DNA of 64,000 bases from Chlorokybus atmophyticus (GCA_009103225.1 RHPI01000277.1:878103-942102), one strand, 5' to 3'; shown: positions 1 through 15,057, counted from the first letter of the stretch. Numbers and translations are program-made. The notes: generated from the letters alone by a model not told the origin.

Positions 1-1009
1 GGATTAGTAATCGCCATGCTAGTTATTGTGGACTTGCACCCAATCAGCATGAGGCAAGAACATTCTCAAGAATGCTAATGCACGACCCTTATCACGGAAT
101 GCCGCTCGTTTTTGCAATCAACTTGTTTAAATCGTGAGATCAAACCGACAAATGCAATGGCAATAACATACACGCATATGAACCAATGAGAATGCAATCA
201 ACCTCGTATCATGCACATGTACCTGTGTGTATAAAGGCAAAGACTATGGCATGACCATGGACACAGTGCTAACAAGCTCAACAAGCGAGCAAGTTAATGC
301 ACAAGTTGCATAGGTTGCAAGTTTGTTGTAAAACATAGGCAATGCAGAGCAAGTCAAGTGCTGGGCCCCGCAGCAGCACGCTCAGCAAGGCAGGAAAGGC
401 AACAGATAGCAACAGCGCCTCACCTGAAGCAACACGCCAAAATGAGCAAGATGCTCAAAGGGGCAACTGGCCACTGCAGTGTTGAGGGTGTATGTATTCT
501 CCCGTATACATGTTCCAATTTGTGACTAGATGCGGATATGGATACGTTACCCCCCCTCCCTTCTTTCATGTATTACAGCGAGCAAATTACATCTGTTTGA
601 TGTGCGTTCGTGGCATGGTTATCGCGTTCACATGCGCAGTGTCACTTGCAATATCCGTACTACCGGCGCGACCTGCGTGTATGCGGTGAGAGCCCTTGAA
701 CACATGTGCGTTAGTTGTGATGGACGTTGATAGTTTGATGGTGTGGTATACAGATAGCCCACGAACTGACTGCTTCCATGCTATGCACTTGTTGTTGTCT
801 AGGCACTGCATATGAGCAAAGTTATGCAACTTGCCCAAACCATGTCCGTTATATAAGGGCCTGCAGCCATTGGCCGGCAACAGAGCATTAGGCCAAGCCA
901 AACATGACACCGAAGGGCATCATGTCTGAGTGAGCCTGCTCCGAGCGTTTTCCCCGTCTTCAAGGCGGCGACCGGTCTGTGTAACAACGTTACACAAAGT
1001 GTTCGTTAC

Positions 1010-3609
1010 CTATTTGCCAAACATGGACCCCAAGAAGCCCTTCTTCTCATGCGGCTCGTCCTTGAACTCCACACCAAGCTCAATCAGCTTCTTAAACGCC
1101 TGTCGTGAATGCCAGACATTGACGCGTTTTGTCACTGATTGGTAACCAGAAAGCAAGTGTCACCGATTAGTAACCATAAAGCAAGTGTCACCGACCTTGG
1201 CAAAGTCCTCAAAGTACTTGTCTTGGTCTGCAGCGTACAGATCAGTCCACTTGCGGAAGGAAGGATCCCAAATGAGCTCCATGTCGGTTGGCAGCATCAT
1301 GAGCTCACCGGTGGGGTCCTGTGGCACAAAGCACACGTACATTAACGAGAGCTTGTGAGTAACTTTCCTCCATAGGACTGCGTCGCATGTTCATCTTGCA
1401 AGAGATACCTCATATTGCAGAGGTCCGTTCCACTTCTTCTTGGACCATTTGTTAGTGGTCAGCTGAACGTAGTACTGCAAAGGCAAAACCCAAAGCACAT
1501 GGAATGAGCTGAGAAGATTGTCAAAAATGATGACTATGATTATCAAAGTGTACTTGCTGCTGCATGCTGCACAAATGTGTGATAAAGTGCTGCGGCTGCT
1601 ATGCTCATTGTCACACATTGAGAGTTGTTTGCATACGCTGCACTGACCTCGTTTGAGAAAGTGGTGGGACTGTTTGTCCATGGACCCTTATACCCACTGT
1701 TCAAAGACAACATGTTAGAGTGCCCTGTGTACACAGAAACAGTGCATAAAGTAAAAGTAGCATAGAACAAGGTGTGAAGGGGATATAATGATATGATTCC
1801 AGCAAACATGCCTGTTCTGTGGATGGCAGCGTCCGAGAGCATGGGCGCCACAAAGCGCAACAATCTCCTGCAAGACAAGGCTGGCGTGAACATGTTTCGG
1901 GGGTGAACCAGGCACTGTTTGAACTCTTGCTAGGAGAGGTGGTGTTGTCAGCTAGCCAAACCAACCTGATCGTTAAAACCCATGCGGTAAAATATCTCGC
2001 GGATGTGGTTGCGGTCTTTTGAAGCATCTGGGAGGCGGCCGTCCGGAGGGGTATCGCTGGCATCGGGCTTGTCACGACGTCCGGGTCTCCAATCAATGTG
2101 CGGGCCTCCTACATAAACGCATACAACCAACCATGGCGCACAAGCCGCAACCATTGGGTGAGTTTTTACAGCAATACCACACACGTATACACGCACTCGT
2201 TTGTGCATGCACATACGGCCATGTGCATGCCCACGCACGCATAATATGCACACCCAACTCCACACCCTTGTCACCCAGGTTCACACCCCATCCACGCCCA
2301 AACGCACACACTGCGCCCCACACACACGCCTGCAACAGCAAGTGCGCACGCACACCCACAGGAAAAAGAACCAAGCAAACAAATACAACCAACACTGACA
2401 AACACACTTGGTGCCTAGTGTGCTGCTTGGCACACACTTACAAACACACTCTTCTTTATGCTTTATGCATGCATGATGAATGATTGACTCTATGCTTAAT
2501 GCATGCATGCTGCATTGCACCAGAAGAACACAAACTTTTAAGAAACTCTTACCCATCTCCTCGATGGCCACACACCCTGCAAAGCAACAAGTGGCTCATT
2601 GGTCCTCTACCCTGCAACTTCAGCAGCAGTGCATTCACAGGCCGATTGCAATTAGTACCTGCAAGAGTCCACAAGTCCGCATAGGTAATGTTTGGATGCT
2701 TCTTGGCAACTTCTTCTAGGCGCAGGCGTGCATTGTCAAGGCCGCGGTTGGCAGCGTGTCCTACAAGACACATGTATTATTGGTGAAAAAATCATGCGCA
2801 GCGCCATTACCTGCCTTTTACAGGCACAGCATGGCCACATGTAATGCTCAAATGGTAGTACCAGATTCCGGCATGAATCGCATGGTTGCGCCGTCGCTGC
2901 CACCCTTGTTTGAAGCCTTGTCGTACGTGCCCGAACAATGCCATGCCAGGCGAACAACAACTGATGGACAGAAATGAAGTATGATGTCAGTTGCGCATGC
3001 AACACCTGATGCTGAAGCATGCGCATCCCCACACATGGCAACGTATAGCCATGAAAGGAATCGTCAGCAAACCTGCACTGACCAGGCCCAAAGCTGCCAT
3101 CATCATAGTTGTAGTCTTCCAGCACCGCTTCAATGTCCTTTCGGACCTGCAAGCCATATACCCATTCAAAGAATGCAACGCCAACATCTGTGTTCAATAT
3201 GCAAGTTCAGTCTGGTAGAAAGTACGACAAGAGCACAGCAGCGCCTGTCACGTAGGCACATACTCGCCCAGCACCTGCTGATAGTCAACTTTCGGCGGCT
3301 CCTTGGCATGCACGTATGAGGCAGTGCCAGCGCCTAAGGCGGCAACCGCAAAGCCGGCAGTCACATACTGCAGCACATTGCTTTGCTCACGAGTCTGCGC
3401 TGGAATGGTGGCAAGCGCACGCGCATGCGCACCTGTAATCAATGACAAGCGAGAAGAGCAGCTGAGATCCAACCGACCATCTACCAAGTTAGTGTCACTC
3501 TACACAGAGGCTGCTGTATGAATACACCTGCTGCGCAAAGAATGCTGCCACGGCGCAACACTGAAGTTGATGTGCGCGCAGCACGCAGAAGAGCTATGCG
3601 AGACGCCAT
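1010..3609 (-). CDS. CCP1: Cytochrome c peroxidase (class I heme peroxidase), probably mitochondrial; multi-exon
   Basis: Spliced minus-strand exons give [27 protein letters not shown] (Arg/Ser-rich transit peptide, ATG at 3609), a hydrophobic segment [18 protein letters not shown], distal motif (R)[53 protein letters not shown] (proximal His), [37 protein letters not shown], and an end [23 protein letters not shown] (TAG 1010-1012). APX versus CCP is assigned from these motifs and the N-terminus, not from a tree. Confidence 0.88.
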
Positions 3610-4305
3610 AGTGCTGCCTCAGCAGCGCCCTGAAGCAGCACGCCAAACTTGAGGTTCTTCACAAGTGGCATTGACTCACCTCGATCGCAACATGCAACAA
3701 GGCATGTAGCATGCAGCAGTCTGCTACATGCCCTGCATATGGCACGAAGACGGCAGTTCTTGGAGCACACGCACAAAACCTCAGTCCGCCGCATTCGGGC
3801 ATGCCACTGTAGCTGAACAATTGCCTCTCTTTTGCGCTACAACCGCGACAGAGCATGTGCGTAAACACCCCACGGCAGCACACGCAAGCAGCCTACCAGA
3901 TCCCAGAGAGCATGCATGTGCTTGTAGAAGCTGTTACAGCTGTGAGCCACTAACAAGCGTGCCTCATGCACCAAGCAGGTAGTTAGCAGGGCTGCATGCG
4001 GCAAGAGCAAAGAGTGCGCAGCATACAACTTCCAGCGAAGCAAACAGCGTGTCACACAGATAAAAAGTATGCAATGCACCTCAGCAAGCCGCCGCCGCCG
4101 CTGACGCCGACGACGCCACCACCACGTGGCACAGGCAACCTGAGTTACTGTGGCACTGACAATGACTTCAATCTGCAACGGTGTAAACAACGCTGGCAAC
4201 AACGCAACTCTGAGCCGAAATATCGCGACAACACCATCGATAACGCTGGCGAGGCGAAATTAGGGTTTGGTCAGCAAAGGTGAAAAGGTGAAAACTAGTT
4301 CAGAT

Positions 4306-7300
4306 ATGGTTAACTTCGCTGCAGGGCGCCACGTGGCACGTATGGAGGGGGGCGCGGCGGCGGCGGCGGCGAGCACGCCTGCGCCCGCCTTACCAATGTT
4401 TAGTCCTGAGCGATCATTGAGCTTTGACACTCCGCGAGCGCTGGTGAGCAATTCACTTATGCATTTGTTTGGGACCACAACCTAATGCTACACAGTGGCT
4501 GCTGAACAGTGCACGAACGCAACATAGTGCGGAACTGGCGTCGCAGTACTCGTGTTGCACAACATTGCTGTGATATTAATCATATGACAGAGTGTGACCT
4601 CATGCCAACACATAGCACGCTGCATTGTGCATACTAGAATCTAGTTCTTGGTTGGTTTGTCTTCTTTTGGTTTCAATTCATCGCTGCTCAGGACGAGTAG
4701 CACAACACATAGTTGTTTACTGTATGTTGAACGAACTGTAGCCATCCATAGTGTGATAGTACTTGTGTTCCCTATGAGCTACGTGTCAGCGGTTTCCAAA
4801 CTGCCCTCCTTATGTGCCAGTTAGGGAGTGTTGCCTTAGGGTCAGGCTTCTTGGCGGAATGCTGGTAAGGCGGTCTTCAGCTGTCACTAGGCAAACTGCT
4901 GCTTACTCAATGGGGCAGCAAGTGGTTACTCAATTGGGCAGCAAGTGGTGTTGCGGACTTGATGACGAGACTGTCAGTTACATGCAGCTTTAAAAGCTCT
5001 GCGTTACTGCGCTACTGCGTTGTGCGGCAATTGAGATGCAGTATTCACTTTCTATGCATATGACTGCAAAGCCAAGGCTTGGAACCATCCATGCTGTCAG
5101 CTACTTGCCAAGTGTCGCACTATCTGCATAGCATTGCCGGCGCGGTAGCAAGCTGTTGGTTGCTGTGTACTCCCCGGACTATTTCGCTCATCCACTTGCA
5201 AGCAATGCAATGTGTGTCAAGCATACTTCACTGCTTCTCAAACTGCATAGCTTAAGTCCTCACTACCCCGTTAGGACTTAAGGCCTTAAGCAGTAAGTTT
5301 TGAGGCGGATGTCCACTCTCGGCTCTTCTTGAACACCAGTACCACTATGTGATACACATAACACTTCACACTTTTGCGTGTTCTTGCGGTGTACCGTTGT
5401 GGAATACTGAGTGTTTCTGTACTTTACGCTGTCGTTTTACGGGACTCAATTATACTTGTACTGATATGTAATTCCCTTCCAACTTATTCATACTCCAGGC
5501 CGCGCGTGCAGAGGAAGAGTTGATACACAAAACGGGAGAGAGCATCACCGGCATTGCTATCACTGAGAAGGTGAGCAGGCCATCAACTGCAAACTACTTG
5601 GGTTCGCTGATTAGCATTGTTTAACACTGAGCTGTGCTTGATTTATACTATGAGTACAACAGGCCATAGCAGCAAAGGAGGAGCAGCTGAGGCGATTTAT
5701 ACGCGAAAGGTATACGACCATACAGGAGGTTGAAAAGGAGCTTGGAGCTCTTCGGCTAGAAGTAAAGCTCACTGCTGGACCAAAGAAGCATGGTATGCAC
5801 CTGCGATGTCGGGTTGTTGGATGTCAGTGTTAGTCTCGCAAACAGCAGGCGTTGGTTGTTTGCAGCGTTGGAACATTTGCGAAAACGCATCGAGTCGCAA
5901 AATGAGAAGCTGTTGGCTGCCAGAATGCGGCACATCGCCCTCAGCAAGGTTCTTCTGTTACCCCACAGAATACTTATCTACAAATAATTGCGGACATGCT
6001 TAGTACTGTTTATGACCCTAGTGAGTCTTATGGTTTTCACTTATGCAGCATTATTGTGTATTGAGTTGTTTCCATAGTGGGCATGAGGAGGAGACTGCTT
6101 GTGGCTGATTAACAATCCTATCTTCACTTGCCTGTAACCTGCCTGTGAGAGCTTATGTACTTCTCCTTGCAGGAACTCAAGGCTGTAGCAGAAGTTATGG
6201 AGAGGGAAGAGGCCATCAAGTCGAGATTATGCAGTGATCTGACGTTGCTTGTAAGCTTGCATTTTGTACTTCCAGGTGATGAACGGTTACTTCATCACAA
6301 TGCTATTGTTCTGACATGTATGGTTTGTGCACAGGTGCAGCAGACAGCGCACGCACAGTATTCAAGGCTTGAAGAGTTGACTGAAAGGCTGGACCGCATG
6401 CTCCATCACCAACAGGGGAGCTCAAGCGCCAGTGCACAAAGAGAAGGCAGGCCTTCTACATCACAAAGGTTTGTGCCACGCACCTGTGTTGCACATACAG
6501 GGCTGATACCTAGCTTTTATACATGCAGTATAGTTGGCATCACCGCATGCACGCCTCTTGTGAAGGTAGATTAATGTCGCTTGCTTTCAGGTCATAGTAG
6601 CAACCGTATTCACAAACACCATTCCCCATGTCACTCGCGCAGCAAGCTGACTGCTCACAGCAGTGTGATATGGTGTTTTTAGGGCAGGTAGCAGACCGAG
6701 TAGCAGCGGTTCAGAACAGTCGCAGCCACCTTTGCCAGCATCCGGCCCCAGCCCAGACAGCAATGGCAAGCAACAGTCCGGCAGTGCCGTGCGCGCAATG
6801 GATGCACGCGAGATGCAGGAGCAGGGCAGGCTGAGAGTCTCTCCCAGTGCTGTAGCCGGCGGGTACCAACCAGTGCCCACCTCTTCAGGTGCGACATAAA
6901 TCATCGTACATGGTGTTGCTATTATGGTGGTGCTGGTGCGCGTGATGTTGACGACGACAGTAATCATGATGACGACAATGATGACATGCTGATCATGATT
7001 GCGATCGTGATAGTGCTTTCACTTCAGTCATGAACGGGGACCTTCGCAGCATTGTTTTGCATGTGTCACGTGCAAGTTGTGTACCCGGCACGCACTTGTT
7101 GCGCGCACATGGCTGTGACTGTTGCACCTCTTGCCAGATGTCAAGTGGAAAGACAGTGCAGCGTTTTCTTTGATAGTTTTAGGTAGGATTGCATGCAGAC
7201 TTCATGTCATTACATGCCTATGCAGTAAGGTTCTCACCAGAGCGTGTATGTTTTAGGGCAACCAGCAGCTGAGGCTCAACCAGATATGAAAGGTAAAGCA

Positions 7301-7627
7301 TCAAACCGTTGGACACATGCCTGCAGCGATACTTGCATTCGCAACCAGCTACCTGAGTCCATAAATGCATTGTCAACTGCAGGTGGTGCAACCTCTTCCA
7401 TCAAGATTGACGACAGGACGGGGATGCCGGTGTTGGCACCAATAGCTACGGGACGGCCAGTTGCAAACCAGAACAACAATGTGAAGCGGCAGACCTCGAT
7501 TGGTCGAGGGTCGAGTAACAGGATTATCACAAGCGCTGGTCGCCGTCTTGTCACAGAAGCACAGGCCGTCCCGGGACAGCCACAGGCTGCGTGGACAGGG
7601 AGCGGCTTTGATGATGGCGCCAGCTGA
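4306..7627 (+). CDS. Coiled-coil protein resembling plant RAB6-interacting golgin / DUF662 family, with a low-complexity C-terminal tail
   Basis: Exons join to ...AKEEQLRRFIRERYTTIQEVEKELGALRLEVKLTAGPKKH-ALEHLRKRIESQNEKLLAAR...ELKAVAEVMEREEAIKSRLCSDLTLL-VQQTAHAQYSRLEELTERLDRM; GT/AG junctions keep the frame; last exon ends GSGFDDGAS* at 7627. Start is ATG 4306 or 4342. Family name recalled from plant homologues, not searched. Confidence 0.6.
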
Positions 7628-8433
7628 CATTCTCACTCACTGAGCCACGTTGTGATGCAGGCCATTGAGGGGTTGAATTGCTACTCCTCAGTGACAGCCT
7701 GCAGCACGCAACTCATGGATATACATGCTGTCCCACCACTGCAGTGCCGTGCTTTCATGCTGTCGGTGATTTGTTGTCAAAGCGCTGTGACTGATACCGA
7801 AAGTAGTTGTGACAGGTGTTAGGCATGCGAATAGTATCAGATCTGCAGATGCGATAACTGTGAGACTTGCATGACGATAAATTGCGCACGCACTTGACAC
7901 AGCGCAGGTTGCACTCTGACTGCATACAGATCCATCTGCAGCTACGCAGGCAGCTCACATGGCATAATTGAGATATGACATTGGCAATAGACAAAGCACC
8001 TGGGTGTCAATAGCAGTTACTGACTGAAGTGCTGCTGGGTTGACCGTAAGCCCCTGTCCCACTTCCACTGGCTACATGACAGTGTGCTGGGATGAGGTGC
8101 TGTATGATATCAGCAGTCGCAATGCATGCCAAGCAAGAAGCCCAAAACTGGCCAACTTGCTCATCTAGCAAAGAGACAGCATTTCTACAAACTGGGTCTT
8201 ATGTACACAATTAGGTGAGTACATGGCACTCGAGAGAAACCAATATGTCGCTTACTGGTCCAACTAAAGATGTGTGTACAAAGTAAGTTTATGTACACAA
8301 CTTATTCAACAATGCACTACCCTGCACAGCAGCTGGCCAGATGCCCGTCTGGCTTGCAGATCAACAGCTGGTTCTGAGGAGATTATTTGATTCCATGCCG
8401 CATCCTGAGAGTACTTGGGCAGTACGGCTGTTG

Positions 8434-11400
8434 TCACAAGCCCTGTATATCAATATCGGGGCGATTCTTCACCGCACTGCGCAAGGCGTGGCGACCGACG
8501 TCGGTGATGCCAGTCTGCCTCAACAACAAAGTCCGCAGCTGTGCACCACTCTTCAACAAATTGCCCACCTCCATAGCGCCTTCATCACTCAGCATGTTCC
8601 AGCTCAGGTCCAAGACACAACCTGTGCAACGATAAACAGCTTAGTGCATTCAACTGCAGAGTAAAGCAGTCAATTTGGTTATATTGCAATCTGCCAGCTT
8701 GGCCAGACAAGCACACCATGCAGGAACCGCATACCTGGTCTAGAAGCACATGCTTTGATCAACTCCAGCACGCCTTTTGTGCCGACATTCCCATCCGCAA
8801 GCATCAACGTCCTCAGCCCGGTGTTGCTTGCGAGTGCCGTAGCCAGCGCACTGGCACCCATGTTGCCAATTTTGTTGAGGCCCAATGTTATGTGCCGCAG
8901 CATTCGGTTGAACCTGAATGCATTCGCTATGGTAGCGATGCTGATCGGATCCAGGCCGCTTCCACAAAAATGGACACAGCGCAGCGTCAAGTTGCTACGC
9001 AAGCAGTCGGCAACTGCATGAGCGGCAGCCGCGCGCGAGAAGTCGTTCTTGCTGATGTCTAATTCGATTAAGACTGTGTTCTGCTTCAGAGCATTCATGA
9101 CAGCTATAACACCGTCGCTGCCAACCTTGCAGATGTGCATGCGGAACACCTGCAAGATAAACAACAGAGTGTGACACGATTGTTCACACCTTACTGTTGA
9201 GACAAACACACAACAGAACATGACCTACTGAACGCATCCTTACCTTCAAGCCAGTGTTGATTTTCAAGGCATTTGCCAGGGCTAGTGCCCCCACATCGCC
9301 GAAAGCGTTCTTGCCAATGTCCAGTTCAGTCAGCGCTTTGTTTGCGCTCAACGCGCTGGACAACGACAATGCCCCAGCTGCTGTGATGGCGCAGTCGATT
9401 AACCGCAGCGTGCGCAGTGTTGTATTGCCAACCAGCACCGCAGCCAGCTTGCTGATGGCTTCATCACCAAGAGTGTTCAAGCCGCAATCGAGTGAAACCA
9501 AGTGAAAGTTGTGCTGGAGGGCGCTGAACAGAGCCAGAGCACCGTCTGTGCCAATCCTTGTATCTGTGCACATGCTATGCTTGAGTGCCCTTCTGAGAAA
9601 CCAATGCCAACCTTGTGTAAAAGCTCTTTCTACTCGCATAATTGGCATGAGAAACATGAACATACCGCACAACTCAAGGCTGCTGAGTTTCGGGTGCAGC
9701 TGCAGTACACTGGCTAATAGCATTGCGCCTTCATTCCCAACAGCATTAGCTGGAGTTGACATGAAAAGTCAACGAGTGCAGAGCAAAGCACAAGTAGCTT
9801 GTTCAAAGAGACGCAAATGAACAGTGCTTACAGGACAAGTTGAGCTCCGTCAGGGTTTCATTCTGGTTGAGGGCACTCAGAAGCTCCAGTACGCTTGAAC
9901 GCTGCATCCGGACACCTGAGATGAACAAGACTGTAAGTGTCCTTGACAGTGTCATGACAATGGCGTGTACTGTGTATGCACTACTCTGCAGAAAACCATG
10001 CAACTGCGGCTGCAGAACTGTTGCATGAAGAGAAGGTTGTGATAGGCTTGAAACTGATTCCTCCAGAGCAACTCACTTGCAAGCGACAATCTTGTAAGGC
10101 TTGTGTTTAACGTCAAGGCTGTGGCAAGCCTTGGAACAGAGTCTGCTTGCAAAGTGTCGTCTGCATATGCGGACCATGAATCAGTTGACACTGGGCAGTC
10201 TGCAATTGATCGCAAACACATGCAGCAAGTCAGCAATAACAGCTCACGTACAGCTCAGCTCAAGCTTCTGCAAAGTCTCACTAGACCGTAACAGGGTCGC
10301 TATCGCCTTGAGCCCCTTGCCTTGGATGCCAGTCCCTGCCATCAAGATGCCTGTTGTTGAACTTAGGCAAATGGAATTGCAGAACAGTGGTTATGTCCGC
10401 CTCTTGATAGCCATGCACCAATCTTTAAGAATGCTCTCAGCTTACCCACAAGCCTTAACGACCTGAGGACCCGACTATGGGACAAAGACTTGGCTAGAAG
10501 CATCACGCCTTCATCACCAACGTGAGAACCTGAGTATGAAAGCAACCAGGCAGCACATGTTGGCACATTGGCACGTGGATGCTATGTTCAATGAGTGCCA
10601 CGCATGGTGCAGCTTCAACACATGCACGCATGGACTGCTCACCATCAAGGTGGAGCTTCAGCAGCGTCTGATTGACAGCGAGAGCTGAGCACAGCCCCTT
10701 CAGGTGGTCAAAGCTTATTGATGGCCCTGCAACCACATTCGCCACTATGACCCCACAAGGCACCATCTGACAAACCCAAATCATTCCATGACAACCAAGC
10801 ATACGCCCGCGACGTAACCTACAGGATAAGCAACCAACTCTTGTGCGCGCGTGACTGGAGTCCCGCAATACAGCTAAGAGGAACTGAATGTGCTCGGGGC
10901 TCGATTGCGCTGCGCTGCATGCTACAGTCGCACGTTCAAGGCCAGTCATAGAGAGTCGTTGCAGGGCTTGTGTGGACAGCAGCGGCGCACCAAGTATGGC
11001 AGTAAGAGTCTTTAAGCGCGGGCATTGCTCCACAATGGAAACAATGCACTGCTCAGTCACAGACGTGCACCCCGAAAGGTTGAGATGCTCAACCATGCCA
11101 CGGATTGGTGCTGTTGCACAAGCACGGCGCTGCAACAGCAGCCTTGACAACGCTCTGTCTGTGAGGACATCAGAGCCTGGCCCGGAGAAGTCCAGATGCT
11201 TCCAGAGCAGAGGCTCAGACAGGCTGCTTCGCCACGACTTGCAAACGACTTCCATCCGCAACCGGTCCCCCACAGTCAGGTGAGACAGCAGCTGCTGCGT
11301 GAGCTCAGATGAGAAAGCAGACCTGAACAAGTCCTCAGCCGCCAGCTGTTTGCGCATGGCAGGAGCGGGAGGATGCCATAACGAGGACGAGCTGGAGTGG

Positions 11401-11910
11401 CCTGGCGTGGTTGGCGTGGTCGGTGCTGGCGACCCCGCCACAGTTATTTGTGAAGATGCTTCGGAGTTCTGCTTTGCTAGCGGCACTTCTGGAGCTGAGT
11501 CCACTTCCATGTTTTTGGTGGGCACGGGTGCAGGCAGACATGGTGAGCTGAAGTTGCTGGGCACATCCATGTTGAAAAGAAAGTCTACTGGTGGTATGGC
11601 AGTGGGCAGTGGTGACTCCCCAATAGGCTGCACAGTGCATCACACAATCAGGACGCATGTTGGCACCACGATAGATTGCAAGACACAATGTAGTATGAAA
11701 CAAGACCCCAACAAAGGGCAACTTGCTGTGCATACTGCAGTAGAAGCTGCAAGTAGGCTAAAACCCATTGACTTATCAACGGAAGCTGCGGCTTCTCCTT
11801 ACCCAAAAGTCAGCGTCATCGGGGTTGAGCCAATCACTCGCACTGTCGCACTTAACAGTGCGCCCACTGGAGTCGCGCCTGAGCAGGCGCTCAGCTTGCC
11901 CGCGAATCAT
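8434..11910 (-). CDS. F-box protein with RNI-like (RanGAP/NLRC3-type) leucine-rich repeats
   Basis: F-box SELTQQLLSHLTVGDRLRMEVVCKSWRSSLSEPLLWKHLDFS (ORF 10503-11633), followed by many ~28-aa LRRs such as LRTLRLIDCAITAAGALSLSSALSANKALTELDIGKNAFGDVGALALANAL; final exon CVLDLSWNMLSDEGAMEVG...IDIQGL* (TGA 8434-8436). The 5' end is uncertain: the exon MIRGQ...DFW splices in frame to PIGES. Confidence 0.85.
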
Positions 11911-13815
11911 ACTGCAAATCGACAAGATTGATTGCATCATGCATGTAGCAGGCGCGGAACAGTGTGACCACATGTAGGCCAGTGGACATGGATACGCAGT
12001 GTACTGTGACAAGCGAAGACTCTCAGCAACTTAACCCTTGATTTGCGCATGGCCGGAATTACGGGTGCATTTATGACACTCGACACTGCTGTGTATTGCC
12101 AATGTGTGCGTATCCAGCTTACTGTGCAGCATGCACAGTGCTATGCCAGAATGCCGCAAGACACACTGCCTAGGCTGACTGAACCTACCTTCTCATGCTG
12201 CTACACACGCCATTGCACATTGCTGATAGACAATAAGCATATGCACACACAGGGCAGCAGCTCACCTTCAAGCCTCAAACCCTAGCGGGCATGCACAGGA
12301 CCGTCTGCCCCACGCCTACTCCAGCAAGGCCACAGGCTTCCAGCCGAAGTCACGGAGCAACCACTAAAGACCGTCTCAATAGTCAACAACAGAGCGGCCA
12401 CCCGCCTCCTCACCCCACCACCGCGACCGCCGCCGCCGCCGCCCTCGCCAGTGGCCTTGTCGCCGCAGCCCGCAGAGTAAGCAGCAGCGCAAAGTTCCGA
12501 ACCCTTGGGTCCCTGCAATAGAATCTACGGTTGGGTGTTTGGTACACCTGTACCTGGGCGTCAACTGCTGAAAAGACATCGGTTCCGCGAGCTCGCATTG
12601 GTTGAGTTCGACTTGTGCGGTCGGCTGGCCTACTTTTTGGCTTACTGCATAAACGCGTCCCGCAGCAAGCCAAGTCAATTTACAATGCTGCGACATGAAT
12701 GAAGTCAGCATTGTGTCATATCTCATTGTGCTCACGCACATATCCTGTAGCCGAAATGTGAACTACTGGACTTTGGCTACTGATATGGTTTGCTGAAGGC
12801 CGATTGGCAAGCGCCCTCGATGTAGTAATGACAGAATAACAACAGAATAACAGAATGACAGTATTATAGTTCGGTGGCCAACGACACTGGTAATAAGGTA
12901 TCATTGTAACCGTAGTGCCGCAAAATTTTCATAAAGCGGAGCCGCCAAGAAGTTAGTACATGTGTCGTCAAAAACCTTGCTAGACTATGCATTCAGACTA
13001 CAGTCGTTGGATAATGCCGCCGCCAGATAACGAGTAAACAAGTTGTAAAGCGACCTCCGGAGTATTTACAAAGATCGCGCAGCACTACGGTATTGTGGGC
13101 AGCAGGTTGCCCGGGCAGGAGGCCCCCCCCGCGGCCAAGACCGCTACTGTCATTTTGTCCTGTGGGATGCGGAGGGGGCACGCCGCGTGACGTCGTCAGT
13201 CGCAAGATGATGGTGCGGCATCATCCGCCGTGGACTGACCTCGGATAGGGTCGGCAGCGGTTGCACCCTGCAAGTACCAGGTTAAGTAGATGCTGTAGTA
13301 AGGCAGCCGTACGTTAGGGCACCAGCCTAACTTGGACCGCGAAGATACGTTGATTGTGACCGCTTGGAAGAACAAAATCAACCTCCCGGCACAGTAGGCC
13401 TAGAGAGTCACTGAGAATGATTGGTCGGGTCCAAACCATTATTCCAAATTAGAACAGCGGCATAAAATGTTCTTGTGCGTTCTAGTTTAATTGACAGTCA
13501 CCATGAATGAATTTGGCTTGAAACGAACGTTTTTGTTTGTTCGGGCTATCACACCAGAGTGAGAACGAACAAGTAACTTGAGCAAATACGATGACTTTGA
13601 TGCCTTCAGGTGCTTAATGGTACATTGCTCTCGACATTATTGCCGTGTACGAGATGCATTATTTGTCTAATCCATCAGGTCATGTACACTTGCTAGTCGT
13701 GCATAAGTTGATGTTACGATCATGTAAGAGTACAGGAATCTGCTAAATCTCATACTTACGCCCTTGTTTACTGATTGGTTATTGAAATGTTAGTTTTCAG
13801 CCAAAAGAATAACAT

Positions 13816-14003
13816 TATTGTTCTTGGTTATGTTCTTGTGCATTCTTGGATGCGGATACTCATGTTCGACCCCACCCCTAAGAGAATGCCACTTGTTACG
13901 TGGGAAGTCAATATTGTTCTTGGTTATGTTCTTGTACGTTCTTGATTGCGGACATTCATGTTCGACCCCTTAGAGAATGCCACGTGTTACGTGGGAAGTC
14001 AAT
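13816..14003. repeat. Two-copy ~95-bp tandem duplication
   Basis: TATTGTTCTTGGTTATGTTCTTGT...CATGTTCGACCCC...AGAGAATGCCAC.TGTTACGTGGGAAGTCAATA occurs at about 13816 and again at 13912. Confidence 0.8.
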
Positions 14004-14449
14004 AAACCAGGACGTGGCGTGTTCTGCAGGAATTGCTGACGCATAGAGCGCGTTAGGCGTGCAAGTACGGTACTTGCAATACCGTACGTAGGCTGAAAAC
14101 CAGCAGTGATGCTTACCGCGAGCCCCCGTTGTCAACGGTTTCGCTAACCCATTAACGACGCCACGGCAGACTAATAACAGTGGACTGCGGGTGCAGTTGC
14201 TGATTGGCTTGGGTGCAGGCGTTGCGTCTTATACCGTTGGATTCGTGCTCGACAGATTGAGGCCGTACGAAGGCATTCCCTTGAAGTTACTATACTATGG
14301 CACATATTATCAATCAAATGAGCACAGGCATGTGCATCGTGTGCATTTGGCGCCACGTACATCTTCAGATTCTGACAACAACAATCATAACTTGTGTAGG
14401 GCAATCATAAAACATGTAGCACAAGATTATAATAACGTTGAGGACATAA

Positions 14450-14896
14450 TGTATAAATGTTATGTCTATGTATACGTATGTGTATATATGTGTACACTAC
14501 ATTTACAATTGGTAATTGTGTATACATAATTTGTGATATGTACAGTAAAATGTATAAGTATTACATTACTTGCGCAAATCATAACATGTGTATATATGTA
14601 TATGTATGTGTATATGTGTACACTCATATCTTGCTTGTATAATGCTTTTACTATATATATACAATGATCTCTACTTTGTTTATGTAAGCTACGCATACAA
14701 TTGACAACGTGTGCAATACCATTAGCGTAATCTTCAAACAAGCACATTTACGTTAGGGATATTCAATATGCATACACCATTCATGCACCTATAAAAATTT
14801 GCTATATAAGAGGCACATGCGACTCAAATATTTAAGTATATATATATATATATACACACATATATATAGATACACATATATGCAAATTTATACATA
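14450..14896. repeat. AT-rich, TA/CA-microsatellite-like low-complexity tract
   Basis: Runs of TATATA/TATGTA/TACACA; it provides the TA target of the adjacent pogo element. Confidence 0.7.
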
Positions 14897-15057
14897 CCGT
14901 ATTTACCCCTTTAGGGTCCACCCCTTTTTATAGAGTCCCCCCCTCTATTTTCCCGGGGGGGGACTCAAGTCGAGGGGGGGCTCAATTGGTATTAGGGGTG
15001 TAACGGGACGGTACACTTAATTGACACTAATCGACCTTAAAAGTACCAAGTCTTTTG

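Noticed and set aside
11299-11931. 210-aa plus-strand ORF
   Set aside because: Antisense shadow of the GC-rich F-box exon; no independent motifs.
14191-14529. 112-aa ORF (MQLLIGLGAG...)
   Set aside because: TTG start, runs into TA-rich microsatellite, no recognisable similarity or splice support.
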